This document shows, piece by piece, positions 37,614-51,990 of a DNA stretch of 64,000 nt. The notes beneath the pieces are model-generated. The model did not search any database and had not been told where the DNA came from. It saw nothing but the letters and a program-made list of their open reading frames with translations. Source of the DNA: Chrysomallon squamiferum (Eukaryota; Animalia; Mollusca). The translations under genes were made by a program, and so were the position numbers. Where the stretch lies: positions 16,740,001 to 16,804,000 of the forward strand of contig CM022677.1 of the NCBI GenBank assembly GCA_012295275.1, in the 5' to 3' direction. The number at the start of each line of letters is the position of its first letter. Position 1 is the stretch's first letter.

Positions 37614-38658
37614 GAGGGAGAGGAGAGGGTGAGAGTGAAAGAGTGAGAAGAATAGACATATGAACCTCCCCAACCACATACACATGAACAAAATTATAAT
37701 TATGTATTATGTTTCCAGGTCTGATTGCTAAGCGAGGAAAAGAAGTTGTTTACCCATTAATAAAGGAACTCGGTGGATGGCCTATTACTAACAAGTCATG
37801 GACAAATAATGCATTCAGTCTTGAGGATTATCTCGTCAAACTAGCCCATCTCAATAATCTTGTTATCATTGATAGTAGTGTGATAGAAGATGACAAAAAT
37901 TCTTCTGTATATATCATTACAGTAAGTGATGAATTGTTTGAACATTTGTTATAGAAAGTAAACACGTTATTTTAATAAATATATGCATTTGACAGTCAAG
38001 ATAAGTTACACATTACATATTATTATTTTAACCATCTTATTTTCACTCCCAGCTGGACCAAGCGGATTTTGGTTTGCCATCACGTGATTACTACCTAAAA
38101 CCAAGGGATGATCCTATTATTACGGTGTATGAAAAATTAATTTATGATGTTGCTGTGTTATTTGGAGCAGAGAGTAACAACGAAACAGCAAAAGCTGCAA
38201 AGGATGTTGTGGATCTGGAGATAAAAATTGCCAATGTAAGATAATTGTAGCCTGTTTCCATTATGTCTTATGGACAATTCAAAAATAAATACTAAATAAA
38301 TAAATAAATAAATAAATAATGTTATTTTTATATTATATATCTTTTTTTTTAATTGTATTTTATAATCATGAATATATTTAAAGTTCTTGATTTACTTATA
38401 TTCTTATACACTTCAATAACCTATCCTATCATTCCTGACTAACATTATATATTAGTCATGAATAAGGTATTTTCAACAAATGAATTAAATGTTTATAAAG
38501 TTTTATTTAATCTAAATATTGTAATATTAATATCCATGTATATTGAATCTGCTTTTTTAATCTCACAGACAATCTATTTTATTGTTATTATTTTCTTTTC
38601 TTTTTTTTTTTCTTTTGGTATATTTTATGTTTTCATGTTTGACTTTTTATAATACATA

Positions 38659-38714
<56 letters not shown>

Positions 38715-40424
38715 ATAGTAGTAGTAATGACTGATTTGACTGGATACCTTTATTTTCAGTTAACACTCTCAAAAGATGAAAGAAGAGATATGTCTAAACT
38801 GTACCATAGATTTACTATAGAACAACTGAATGAGAACATAACTCAGGTTTGTGTGTGTGAGCATATGCTTGTATGTATTATACACATATGTATGTGTGCA
38901 CATGTGCCTATATATATATAAAACGCACATAAAAAACACACACAGACTCCCACACCGACACACTCACTACATACATATACATATATTTGAGTATCAGCAG
39001 CAGCATCCAGTATTGTGATATAGTGATTAGATGTTGTCCTCATTAAATCTGCAATCTAATCACACAGTAGAATATTCATTCCTATATATCTATCTATAAA
39101 TCTATGTGTGTCTCCATGAATCCATATCAGCTATATACTAAACCATTACAGTCACTACTTATCAATAACACAAGTGCAATGGTAACATGTTTTATGTTTT
39201 GATAAATTAATATATTTAAATTTGGAATTTTTGCAGCTGGACTGGTTAAGATATCTTCAAAAGATGTATGAGCCATTCTACAACATCACAATTAATGAAA
39301 CTGAAAATGTTGTTGTATATACACCAGAATATTTTAGAAATGTTCTGGACCTGGTTAGAAAAACTGATAATAAGTAAGTTTTAGAGTACTAGTAATAGTA
39401 GTATCATTAATCATACCATAGTAGTAGTAGTAGTAGTAGTTGGAACTGTTGTGCTTCAGTAGTCTTTAAAAGTAGTATTAGTTTTAATTGGTAGTAGTAA
39501 TAATAGTACTAGTACTAGGACCAATTAGGACCAATTAATAGTAATGTACCAGAGATAAGTAGTAGTAGTTGTATAACATTGCTAATACAGTAACAGTAGC
39601 AGTAGTATTTCTAGTAGTAGTAGTGATAACAGAAGCAGCAATAGTAGTAGCAGCTGAAGATGTAATAGTAGTAGTAGTAGTAGTTATAGTAATAGTAGTA
39701 GTAGTAGCAGTAATGATAACAGAAACATTAACATTAGTAATTGTTGTTCTTGTTTTTAATATTTAAATGTTGTTTAGGACTGTGGTAAACTACTTAATAT
39801 GGCGGATAATGCAACACAGAATTAACAACCTTGGAGAAAACTACAGAGACATTCTGAAAGATTTCAATAGGGTAATTATACAGTTAAAGATCTTATAAAT
39901 TTCCTTTAATCATTAGCTTTGTTGTCTGTCTATTGTATATCTGCAGATCTGCAACCAAGACTATACATGCCACTGTATCCTGAGTTCTAAAGGTGAAAGT
40001 TACTTCATGAAATGATTAATTAATCTTTTTTATTATTTTTTCATATACTGACACACTATAATGAAAAATAATAATATAGAGAAATGTCTTTCTTCTTAAA
40101 AATCTCTTTATGAGTGTGGATTTATGTTTCTGTCTGCATGTATGTGTCATGATACTATTTATCTGCCTGTTTATTTCTGAGGAATTAACAGACATTTTCT
40201 TTCTATGTTTTTTTGTTTGTTTTTTTCAGCTTGTATATGGTAGAAAGAGAGAGTCAGCAAAATGGATGTCTTGTGTTAGCTATATCAGAGATAACATGGA
40301 AAGTGCCACTGGACGACTTTTTGTAGACAGTTACTTTACTTCAGAAGCCAAGAGCAACGTAATAAATCAAAGCTGGAGGCATAAAGAGAGAGAGAGAGAG
40401 TGTGACTGGCAGAGAGTGAGATGT

Positions 40425-40507
<83 letters not shown>

Positions 40508-43500
40508 TGAGAGACAGAGATAGAGAGAGAGGGGGGTTAAGGTCTTTGAAATTTGTTTCATTGAAGATGAGTAAAATTATAAACAAGCAGGAGTTTATAT
40601 ATGTCACACACACACACACAAAAAGTAAAGCAAGTCTCCATGACACCCAGCACACTATTTACTTCATCATCATATTTTGCTTTACGTTACTTTTATTTTT
40701 TTTTTTTTTTTTTTTTTTCATCTAACATTTCAATAGATAAAAGTTTAAAATTATCTGAAGTATTTTTAAACTTCATTTTTCACCAGCATGTGTTCACTTC
40801 AGGAATCAAACAGTCTATCTTTAAAGGATATTAAAAATCCACCCTGTATTCTCACTTAATAATTAGAGAAATTGCAGTACTAACAAATGTTGTTGAAATT
40901 TTACTTCAGGCTATGACAATGGTTGACTACCTTCTAAAATCATTCAAAGATATTTTACTAAAAGCAGACTGGATGGATGAGGAAACGAGGAAAAAAGCTA
41001 TTAGTAAGGTGAACAAATGTTTACGATAAAATGACTAGGTTAATTTATTGAGTGTTCACCCAAGATAACAGTAGAGCTGTTACCCTATTCTCAAATGTTA
41101 TTTGATTTTTTTGTTCTGTTTAATGACATTATTATTACTGTTATTATTATTAATATTATTGTTGTTGTTATTATTATTATTATGATTGCTGTGTGCTATG
41201 ATTTCTTTTCTAAATATTTGATTGTTTCTTTTGCTAGTTTTTTGTTTGCTATATATTGTTTCCATTTGTTTTTTTTTCAATCTTGCAACTAATTCATTTA
41301 TTTCAGGAAAAGAACATGCTCCAAAAAATTGGGTACAGTAATGACATATTAAATGACACATCCCTGAATGATATGTATGATGATGTAAGTATATCAGAAG
41401 TAGTAATTGTTGCAGTTGTTGTAGGGATTGTGATAGATATGGAATATTAAAAGTATTAGTAGCAGTAGAAGTATAGCAGTGCTAATGGTAGATTCAGAAG
41501 TATTAGTAGTAGAATTAGAAGCAGAAATAGTAGCAGTAATAGGAGTTCTTGTAGGAAAGGTAGTAGTAGTGGGTGGATATGAGATGAAAATGCACAATCC
41601 AGTAACCATTGTATCCTTCTTGGTTTCTTTTCTAGAGATTGCCCTTTCTGTGTAATTACATAATTTTTAAACATCAAAATTTTTAAATACTGAAAAGAGG
41701 CAAAGTTTTCCCATTAATTTTAAAAACTTTCTTTTTGCTTTTAGATTTTTTTTTATTTTTTTTTTATTATTATTAATTTTTTTTTTTTTTTCGTTTGATT
41801 TTTATTTCTAGTACAAAATGCGACTGCTAAACTTAGATGGATGCAAACTGTATTCAGTCAGTTTGCTTACAACATAGCATTAAATCATGATTTGTTAACA
41901 AAATAACAAATATATTTCTAGTTTTTTGAATTGAACAAAATTAATAACTAAGTCACGCATGTTGTTTTGCTTTCAGCTAACATTCAACCAAGAAGAATAC
42001 TTTGAAAACATTGTCATGATGTTAAAACACATGTTCAAAAATACAGCCAAGTATCTGAGACAGCCTGTGGATAAGACAGAGTAATGTAGACCTTAAACAC
42101 AATATTTGTTAGTGTGTGTGTGTGTGTGTGTTTATGTATGTGTGTGTGTGTGTGTTTTAAGAAATAATGAATACGTGAAAATAAAATAGTCAGTGTTTGT
42201 GTCAGATGAAGGAAGAGTACAGCAGATTTGTTTCCTGTATTTTAAGTGTATTGTTAAATCTTGCAAGCACATCTAAATATAATAAATTAATATAACATGA
42301 AAATATTTATTTCAGTCAAATTCCTGCAATTTTTAATCAGCTGAACTAGAGGAAAATAATTTTTATTTGTTGTATGAAAATTTCATCAAAGGACTTGAAT
42401 TCCTTTTATGACAAGATAGTAATAACAATTTTCAATCTATTATACAACATAAGAATAAGGTGTTTAACATTATGCTGGTTTAATGTATAACTGAATGCCA
42501 CCATGTAGCTCTAATTATATTTTAATATTATAGATGGAGTGACTCTCCAGCTGTTGTCAATGCCTTCTATGAACCTAGTGAAAATTCTATAAGTATGTAT
42601 ATCATGCATTACTAACACTAAAATATGTTCATCATCTTCATATCATCATGCTTTAACAGCAATAAAATATCATCCTTATGACCACAACCACCATTATCAT
42701 GACAACAGTAACATCTATTTTCATAAGATCACTTTTACTGCCATAACCATTATTATTGTCAGCATGACCAAGATATTCATCATCATAGGCAGCATCAATA
42801 CTATTACTATGAGGGTAGTCAGAAAAGTGCATAGTCTGACTAAGAATGTGTAATGAAAGAAGAAAACAACTTTATGTTAGTGTTAACCTAATGATTACTA
42901 AGCATTCATGTTTCATAGAGGACTTTAAACATCAATAGTAGTGACATTTTAGAGAAAATGGACAAAATATATGTGTGTTGTCTGCTGTTATCACATTCCT
43001 ACAGAAGAAGAGATTAAACTCCCAAGGACATTCATGGTGATATGGTTGCTACATTAGGTGAATGGTGTTCCACCTATCAAAGTGGAAAAGTGGTAAAGTG
43101 AATTTAAGGGCAGACAGCGCTCTGAAGATGATCCAAGGTCTGGACAGCATGCATCTCTACCTTCCTACAAAAACGCTGACCATGTATGACATATGTTAAT
43201 GGATGACAGGTAATAGCTAATGTTATTGACATTTCCCATGGAAGCATTCTGCCCAAACAACTTGGAATGACTACAGTTTTTGCTCATTGGGTTCAACACT
43301 TGATCAAAAATCCATCAGGCTGGTCACATCATGACAAAACTTGGACTGTTTTGAAGCAGATCAATCCCATTTCATTGAATGTTTCCTAATCCAGAATAGG
43401 TGTTGGGTCCACCACTTTGAGGATGAGACAAAGAAGAAATGAATGCACTGTAAACAAATACTCTCACCTTCAGGACTTTTTCAGTTTTTTGAAAAGGAAA

Positions 43501-44364
43501 GGTATTACCTTCAGAAGGACTAAACCATAAACAAAGATTACTATGCTAAACTGTTTTGTATGTCCACAAGTCTGTCACGAACAAATGCCTGTGAAAACTG
43601 ACAAAAACAGTTTGCAATGGCTGATGTGCACCAATGTAACTTTGGACTGAATGTCCACCCTCCATACTCACCTGTTATGGCACCATCTATTATCATCTGT
43701 TTCGAAAATCATGAGGCTGCTGTTCAGGATGTTTTTGACCATCAGGATGAAAGCTTGTATACCAAGAGGATCCAAGCAAAGTACAAGTGTGTGGACTGCA
43801 AAAGGGACTATAATAAACATAAAAAACATGAATGATAGCATTCAACTATGGCATCATGGTTAGTCTATGGACTTTTCAGCATATCCTCAGATTTAATCTT
43901 TTTTTCATTTTTTATTTTTTCTTTATTTTTTCTTTATTTATTTCAGCCTTTCCAGCTGCCATTTTGCAGCCACCATTCTATGGCAAAGACTATCCAATGT
44001 GAGTTATATAATCAGTATGTCCTAAGGTTTCAAAACTTTCCTAATTATTGTTTCTTATTTNNNNNNNNNNNNNNNNNNNNNNNNNNNNNNNNNNNNNNNN
44101 NNNNNNNNNNNNNNNNNNNNNNNNNNNNNNNNNNNNNNNNNNNNNNNNNNNNNNNNNNNNNNNNNNNNNNNNNNNNNNNNNNNNNNNNNNNNNNNNNNNN
44201 NNNNNNNNNNNNNNNNNNNNNNNNNNNNNNNNNNNNNNNNNNNNNNNNNNNNNNNNNNNNTCTATTGCTGGTAAAAGACCATATTTAAAAAGCAAAAACA
44301 AAACAGCAAACAAACACTGATGACATTAGCATCAACATAAAACTAAGAAAAGAAGAAGATAAAA

Positions 44365-44396
<32 letters not shown>

Positions 44397-44475
44397 AATA
44401 GAATAATAATAATAATAATAATCATCACAATAATAATTGTTATTATTATTATTGCTGTTGTTCTTATTGTTTTTA

Positions 44476-44513
<38 letters not shown>

Positions 44514-44936
44514 TGTTTGTTTGTTTATTTGTTTCTTTCTTTTATTTTAGGAAGTCAATACGATGAAGATGGAAATCTGAACAACTGGTGGGAAAAAGTA
44601 TCACAATCTAAGTTTAAGAAAAAAGGCTCAGTGCTTCGTTAGTCAGTATTCAAAATATGAAGTGGCCGGCGAACACGTAAATAAACATATTTAATTATAG
44701 CATGTTCCTAAAAGTTAATTACAAGAATAAATAAGTAAATTAATAAAACAAAAATTAAAATTAAAAATTAAAAAAACAATTCCACTTATTTTGTATGCAT
44801 TACACGTATAATGTGTATATATGTATGTCTGTGTGTGTATGTGTGTGTATGTCTGTCTTCCTGCCATAAACGTGCATGAGTGATAATAATAATTTTAATA
44901 ATAATAATAACAATTACTTTGATACTTCGTTGGAAG

Positions 44937-45023
<87 letters not shown>

Positions 45024-47997
45024 CATATAAGGTGTCATGCAGATGTATTCATTTCAGGTCAGAGGGTTACAGACACTTGGTGAAAATATCGCAGACAATG
45101 GAGGAGTCAAAGCTGCTTACGCTGTCTGTAGCAATAAGGGAAACTGTTGTTGTAGTAGTAATACAAGAAGTAGTAGTAGTAGTAGTAACAGTAGGAATAG
45201 TAATAGTAGTAACTGTAGTAGTAGTAGTAGTTGTGGGAGTAGTAGTAGCAGTAATCGTAGTGGTAATAGTATTAGAAATAATCGTGGTAATAGTATAGTA
45301 GTAGTAGTAGTAGCAATTAAAGTCATATCACGAAAACTAAGCAAAAAATAGTAGTAATAATAAACAAATAAAAATAAAAAGAAATTAAAAGAAATTTAGA
45401 AATAAAACAAATAAATGAGAAGAAAGGGACACAGCCAAAAAGTATAGTTGTAGTAGTTGCTGAAGTAGTAGCTGTGATAGTAACAGTGTGGTAGAACATG
45501 TACTAGGTATTGTACTGTTACTTATTATGTCTATGTCTGTCTAGGCACCCATCCGTCGGTCTGTCTGAATCTATCTGTCAGTTTATCTATCTGTTTACAT
45601 TATTATTTAGTTTATTATGTCATTGTCTGTTTATCAGTCTATCTATTTATTTATATTATTATTTAGATTATTATGTAACTGTCTGTTTATTAGTCTATCT
45701 GTCTACTTACATTATATTCTAGATTATTTTGTAATTTTCTGTTTATCAATTTACCTATTTATTTGGATTATTATTTAGATCATTATGTCAGTATCTATTC
45801 ATCAATCTACTTATATTATTATTTAGTTTATTATGTCATTTCTGTTTTTCTATGTTTAAATTACTGTGTAAGTGTCTGTTTACCAATGTATTTGTTTATT
45901 TATATTATTATTTAGTTTATTATGTCATTTCTGTTTTTCTATGTTTAAATTACTGTGTAAGTGTCTGTTTACCAATGTATTTGTTTATTTATATTATTAT
46001 TTAGTTTATTATGTCATTTCTGTTTTCTATGTTTAAATTACTGTGTAAGTGTCTGTTTACCAATGTATTTGTTTATTTATATTATTATTTAGTTTATTAT
46101 GTCATTTCTGTTTTCTATGTTTAAATTACTGTGTAATTGTCTGTTTACAATGTATTTGTTTATTTATATTATTATTTAGTTTATTATGTCATTTCTGTTT
46201 TTTCTATGTTTAAATTACTGTGTAAGTGTCTGTTTACCAATGTATTTGTTTATTTATATTATTATTTAGTTTTATTATGTCATTTCTGTTTTCTATGTTT
46301 AAATTACTGTGTAATTGTCTGTTTACCAATGTATTTGTTTATTTATATTATTATTTAGTTTATTATGTCATTTCTGTTTTTCTATGTTTAAATTACTGTG
46401 TAATTGTCTGTTTACCAATGTATTTGTTTATTTATATTATTATTTAGTTTACTATGTCATTTCTGTTTTTCTATGTTTAAATTACTGTGTAATTGTCTGT
46501 TTACCAATGTATTTGTCTATTTATATTATTATTTAGTTTATTATGTCATTTCTGTTTTTCTATGTTTAAATTTACTGTGTAATTGTCTGTTTACCAATGT
46601 ATTTGTTTATTTATATTATTATTTATTTTACTATGTCATTTCTGTTTTTCTATGTTTAAATTACTGTGTAAGTGTCTGTTTACCAATGTATTTGTTTATT
46701 TATATTATTATTTAGTTTATTATGTCATTTCTGTTTTTCTATGTTTAAATTACTGTGTAATTGTCTGTTTACCAATGTATTTGTTTATTTATATTATTAT
46801 TTAGTTTATTATGTCATTTCTGTTTTTCTATGTTTAAATTACTGTGTAATTGTCTGTTTACAATGTATTTGTTTATTTATATTATTATTTAGTTTATTAT
46901 GTCATTTCTGTTTTTCTATGTTTAAATTACTGTGTAATTGTCTGTTTACCAATGTATTTGTTTATTTATATTATTATTTATTTTACTATGTCATTTCTGT
47001 TTTTCTATGTTTAAATTACTGTGTAAGTGTCTGTTTACCAATGTATTTGTTTATTTATATTATTATTTTTAGTTTATTATTATGTCATTTCTGTTTTTCT
47101 ATGTTTAAATTACTGTGTAATTGTCTGTTTACCAATGTATTTGTTTATTTATATTATTATTTAGTTTATTATGTCATTTCTGTTTTTCTATGTTTAAATT
47201 ACTGTGTAATTGTCTGTTTACCAATGTATTTGTTTATTTATATTATTATTTAGTTTATTATGTCATTTCTGTTTTTCTATGTTTAAATTACTGTGTAAGT
47301 GTCTGTTTTACCAATGTATTTGTTTATTTATATTATTATTTAGTTTATTATGTCATTTCTGTTTTTCTGTGTTTAAATTACTGTGTAATTGTCTGTTTAC
47401 CAATGTATTTGTTTATTTATATTATTATTTAGTTTATTATGTCATTTCTGTTTTTCTATGTTTAAATTACTGTGTAATTGTCTGTTTACCAATGTATTTG
47501 TTTATTTATATTATTATTTAGTTTATTATGTCATTTCTGTTTTTCTATGTTTAAATTACTGTGTAAGTGTCTGTTTACCAAATGTATTTGTTTATTTATA
47601 TTATTATTTAGTTTATTATGTCATTTCTGTTTTTCTATGTTTAAATTACTGTGTAATTGTCTGTTTACCAATGTATTTGTTTATTTATATTATTGTTTAA
47701 ATGATTGTGTCTAGATCTATTTATCAGCCTATCTATGTGTTTGTTTATTAATGTACAGAATATTCATATTTTTCATACAAAATTACAGGCTCTTGAAAAA
47801 TGGTTAGATGAAGGGAAAGGAGAAAAGCTTCTTCCTGGACTGAACTTCACACACAAACAACTTTTCTTTGTTAGCGTTGCTCAGGTAAATTTCAATTCCT
47901 GTAATCTAGTTATATTTACAAACAACTTTTCCTTCATAACTTTCAATTAGTGCAGCTATTATTTCCAACAACAACAAGAAATATTAAATAAAACAAA

Positions 47998-48033
<36 letters not shown>

Positions 48034-48104
48034 AAATTCCTTGCTGGCTTTGCTCAAGTAAATTCCATTTATTCCTAGTTCTTTGTCTTCTTCTTCTTCT
48101 TCTT

Positions 48105-48135
<31 letters not shown>

Positions 48136-48145
48136 TTATTATTAC

Positions 48146-48186
<41 letters not shown>

Positions 48187-48639
48187 TTATCGTCATCATC
48201 ATCATTACTATTATTATTATTAATATTTGAGAGATAGTGCTCTTTAACAATAAAAATGTCAGAAACAATCATAAATTTAAAGTAATCACTGCTAATAGCT
48301 GTGTATGTGTGTGTGTGTGTGTGTGTTTACATACATATCGGTGTGTGTGTATATGTGTGTAAATATATATATATATATATATATTGATTTATTTCTATTA
48401 CTGAAGGCATGGTGTGGCAAGTACACCAAAAACGGTGCCAAGTACTATTTAGTTGCCGATGTTCACTCTCCTAACAGATTTAGGTAAGTAATTACTAATT
48501 ACAGTATATATGTTCTAGAATAATAATAATAATGATGAAAATAACAACAACTGTAACATCAACAACAACAACAACAACAACATAATAATGCTAATTAAAC
48601 ACTATTTATGCAACATACTAATGGCAGTAAAGATATTCT

Positions 48640-48700
<61 letters not shown>

Positions 48701-48793
48701 TGATCATCATGATAATAACGAAGCTATGATGATCGTTATATTTTTTCATTGTTTTGTTTCTTGTTATCAATGGCTCTCCGTATTTACTTGCTT

Positions 48794-48832
<39 letters not shown>

Positions 48833-48988
48833 CTGTCTATTCTTTTGAAGGAGGGTGGTGGTTGAATTTGTTTTCTAGATAATGGGGAAGTTATTTCATT
48901 AATATTGCTGCTGCTGTTATTACTATCTATTATCTATTATTGTTGTTATTACTGCTGTTGCTGTTGTTACTGCTATTATTATTATTAT

Positions 48989-49020
<32 letters not shown>

Positions 49021-49235
49021 TTAAGTTCTCAAACTATTTTTGTTACTACTATTGTCATAATTATTAATATCACCATCATTATCCACATTATTACATTTTG
49101 TTTTCTTCTTAGTACATATAAGTTATATTTTTCAGGATTCTCGGTTCAGTTTCAAACAATGAGCATTTTGCTGAACAGTTTAAGTGCCCTGTTGGTTCTC
49201 CAATGAATCCAAAAAAGGAATGTCATTTGTGGTGA
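33895..49235 (+). CDS. Neprilysin/endothelin-converting-enzyme-like M13 metallopeptidase (type II membrane protein); 22 visible coding exons plus an HExxH exon inferred in the gap
   Basis: Exons: 33895-33947, 34402-34544 (TM helix), 34789-34818, 35463-35498, 35818-35979 ([15 protein letters not shown]), 37090-37173, 37719-37921, 38053-38235, 38760-38846, 39237-39373, 39778-39871, 40230-40358, 40910-41008, 41307-41384, 41977-42080, 42534-42592 (VNAFY), 43947-43998 ([11 protein letters not shown]), [gap], 44551-44676 (DGNLNNWW; one extra A), 45058-45123 (GENIADNGG), 47789-47884, 48407-48483 (DVHSP), 49136-49235 ([18 protein letters not shown]). Confidence 0.92.
34965..35325. repeat. Degenerate ~42-bp intronic minisatellite, ~9 copies
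   Basis: A recurring AACTGAAATGAATTATAT...GTTAGTCTG motif in M13 intron 3. Confidence 0.7.
42808..43891 (+). mobile_element. Decayed mariner-family DNA transposon in an M13 intron
   Basis: Imperfect TIRs: left TATGAGGGTAGTCAGAAAAGTGCATAGTCTGAC; right (reverse complement) TCTGAGGATATGCTGAAAAGTCCATAGACTAAC. Transposase relics: AHWVQH (WVPH motif), [19 protein letters not shown] (YSPDLAP motif) and KCVDCKRDY. Confidence 0.85.
44061..44260. other. Assembly gap (200 N)
   Basis: A run of N, located where the M13 HExxH exon is expected. Confidence 1.
45812..47697. repeat. 89-bp tandem satellite, ~21 near-identical copies, in an M13 intron
   Basis: Unit TTATTATTTAGTTTATTATGTCATTTCTGTTTTTCTATGTTTAAATTACTGTGTAA(G/T)TGTCTGTTTACCAATGTATTTGTTTATTTATA. 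Spurious ORF starts recur every 89 nt. Confidence 0.95.
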
Positions 49236-50038
49236 AACGTTACTGGTGTCACAGTATGAATGAAACATGTCTCCATAATTATGAAACCATAATTATGTGT
49301 TGTATGTTTCTGTGATATTGCTATAACTTTTGCTGTTTTTTTTTTTAAAACAAATATTTACTGTTTTTGAAAATCCTGTGGCAGCACAAATAAACATTCT
49401 TGTTTAAAATTCTTCGTATTATTATTATTTAGTTCTGTTTGACTGACCAATGGTTATTAATGCAAAATAATGATAACACTACTGATATAATTAAATACTG
49501 ACACATGAACCTATATAATGAAAAATGAAACAAAAACCTGTGTCCTAAATAATGAAAAAAACAACAGTCTGTGTCTTTGTTAAGAAAACATGAACCTGTC
49601 ATTTGAATAAAGAAACACAGACGTGTCATGAATAATGAAAAATGGTTCTGCATCCCAAATAACAAAATATTAATCTAAGCCTAAAACAGGGTAACATGAA
49701 CATGTAATGAACTTGAACCTAAATCTTGAATAATTTTGTTTTAATATGACGTAGATACTGACACCTGAATGTACATCTTGAATGATGAAAAAGAATGATA
49801 TAGCTTTAAAAAAGAAAACAGTAACGTATATCTTTAATATGTAAAATAAAATTAGTTTGAATAATGAAGTATTAGTCTGACCTAAATACTGAAAACTGAA
49901 CATATCTAGTAAAATGTAACGATAAAAAATGATGCCTTAAAAAATATAACAAGAACCTGTATTTTGAATAATTAAAAATGAACTTATATCTAGGAATGTG
50001 AAACAGAAACCTACATCTCGATTAATAAACCATTAGCC

Positions 50039-50290
50039 TGTGTTAATAACGAAACATTAAGCTGTGTTAATAACGAAACATTAAGCTGTGTTAATAACGA
50101 GACATTAAGCTGTGTTAATAACGAAACATTAAGCTATGTTAATAACGAAACATTAAGCTGTGTTAATAACGAAACATTAAGCTGTGTTAATAACGAAACA
50201 TTAAGTTATGTTAATAACGAAACATTAAGCTGTGTTAATAACGAAACATTAAGCTGTGTTAATAACGAAACAATAAGTTATGTTAATAAT
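50039..50290. repeat. 24-bp tandem repeat, ~10 copies (TGTGTTAATAACGAAACATTAAGC)
   Basis: Direct head-to-tail copies with no spacers. Degenerate related periodicity is visible upstream from ~49500. Confidence 0.92.
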
Positions 50291-50489
50291 TAGGAACATC
50301 ATTGATCAAATGTCTTCTAAATTTTCATATCTAGGCAGACTTTAACTAATTTCACATATTTTTCGTAGATTTCTTTCATTTACAAAGCCTATTCAGTACG
50401 TTTGCAGACGCTATATACTGTCTGAGGTTCAACACGAAACATTAGTTTAGTGACTAAAATAATGCACTAATGGGAATCACTATATAACA

Positions 50490-51168
50490 CAGCGGATCAT
50501 ATTCTAGTAATGCATTTCCATATTTGTTGATATTAATTTTTTCTTACCTCGTTCTGGTCCAGGACCTAACACTAACTGTTCATTTGTTAGATGTAAGGCC
50601 TCTTGTATATGTCCAACGAATTCTCTACCATGAATTGCATAGTCAAGAAGTTCTATCCTTGATACTTTATCAATCTTTATATATATATAGCATTCATTTA
50701 TAAAACATTCTGCCAATTGTTTTCGCGTTTAATTTGTGTGTATTTTGATGATCAAACAGATATGCAGCCTTCTAAATCTTCGTAAGTTGGGAGAGATATT
50801 CACTAATTTCCTCTGGTTTGCATAGATATGTTTCAGAGAGATCATTTTCCTCATGTGTAGGTTTTCCATCGCGATCCCAGCTCGAAGTGAAAAGTTTAAT
50901 ATATAAAAAGGCACCAATCGGGTTGGCTACGTAATGATTCGGATCTTTTAAAGTCTTCAAACAGTGCTTTTCCATTTTTTTTTTTTTTCTGAAATTGTTC
51001 TGAGTTAATCTAATTTCATTTCGAATTATATACACGTGAGTAATTTCTTAATACGTTAGGCAAGACTTTTCCGTAAACTACAGAGCTGTTCAGGTGTGAT
51101 ACAGATGAATATAGCTCGGAATTCACAACTGATAATACAAGGAATAAAACGAAGTGTTGCCGAAACAT
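50490..51168 (-). pseudogene. 5' half prolyl 4-hydroxylase alpha pseudogene (copy 5)
   Basis: ATG at 51168 gives MFRQHFVLFLVLSVVNSELYSSVSHL.., then MEKHCLKTLKDPNHYVANPIGAFLYIK and KVSRIELLDYAIHGREFVGHIQEALHLTNEQL in different frames. There are stops and deletions, and no recognisable catalytic half. Confidence 0.88.
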
Positions 51169-51844
51169 GTTTTGTTCGTCGTATAAATGTGTTAAGTGAA
51201 GCGAGTTCGTAACACATTTGCTTTACGAACAGGGTTTAATGAACGGCTCTCAAAACTAACGTCAGTCAGAAGTCACAGATATGGTTAAATTACAGAACAT
51301 CTAAATGTAAATATTAATTTGGTTTATGTTGCTATTGAGGCAAGTCCATTTTCAAATTCGGTATAAAATAAACTCTATGGAAATATCTTTAAAAAATTGA
51401 AAATTGAAAATTGTTATTAACTAGAGATGAACAGTGGGAAGCTGTATTTGGTTTGTGGTACCACAAATAAATATACAGTAAAACAACTAAAGCAAGTTTA
51501 TTAGCTACTGCTATCATGTTCTGACCTGTGTTTTGCTATGATAAAACAGTCCGGGCTCTGGTTTTGAAATCAGAAAAGCGAATATTTGAAGTAAACAAAA
51601 ACTTTGGTGAAATCTTTTTAGCTGAAGTTGCTGTTGACTACTATATTTCAATGAACTGGTTAATGTTCATTAAGATAAACCGTATTGCGTTAGTATTTAC
51701 TTTAATGCTGTCTCTGAGTTAAAGATATATATTGTTTATAGGGTTGGTGCGTGTATGTATGCGTTGAATATTTTTATAATATATTTACATGCATACTGCA
51801 GTTACTACTACAACATCTACAGCTTTCACTATACCTTTCTGGAG

Positions 51845-51932
51845 TACTAAAAACGTGTTCAAACCATTCAATTAATTCATTTGCTGTCTGCCAACTTGAG
51901 GTTGCAGCCGAGGTGGCCGTGTTTTCACTACA

Positions 51933-51990
<58 letters not shown>

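Noticed and set aside
46137-47714. Series of similar Cys/Tyr/Leu-rich ORFs ([14 protein letters not shown]...)
   Set aside because: These are translations of the 89-bp intronic satellite. The unit length is not a multiple of 3.
50039-50290. CRISPR-like 24-bp repeats
   Set aside because: No unique spacers, eukaryotic context and no cas genes. It is a simple minisatellite.
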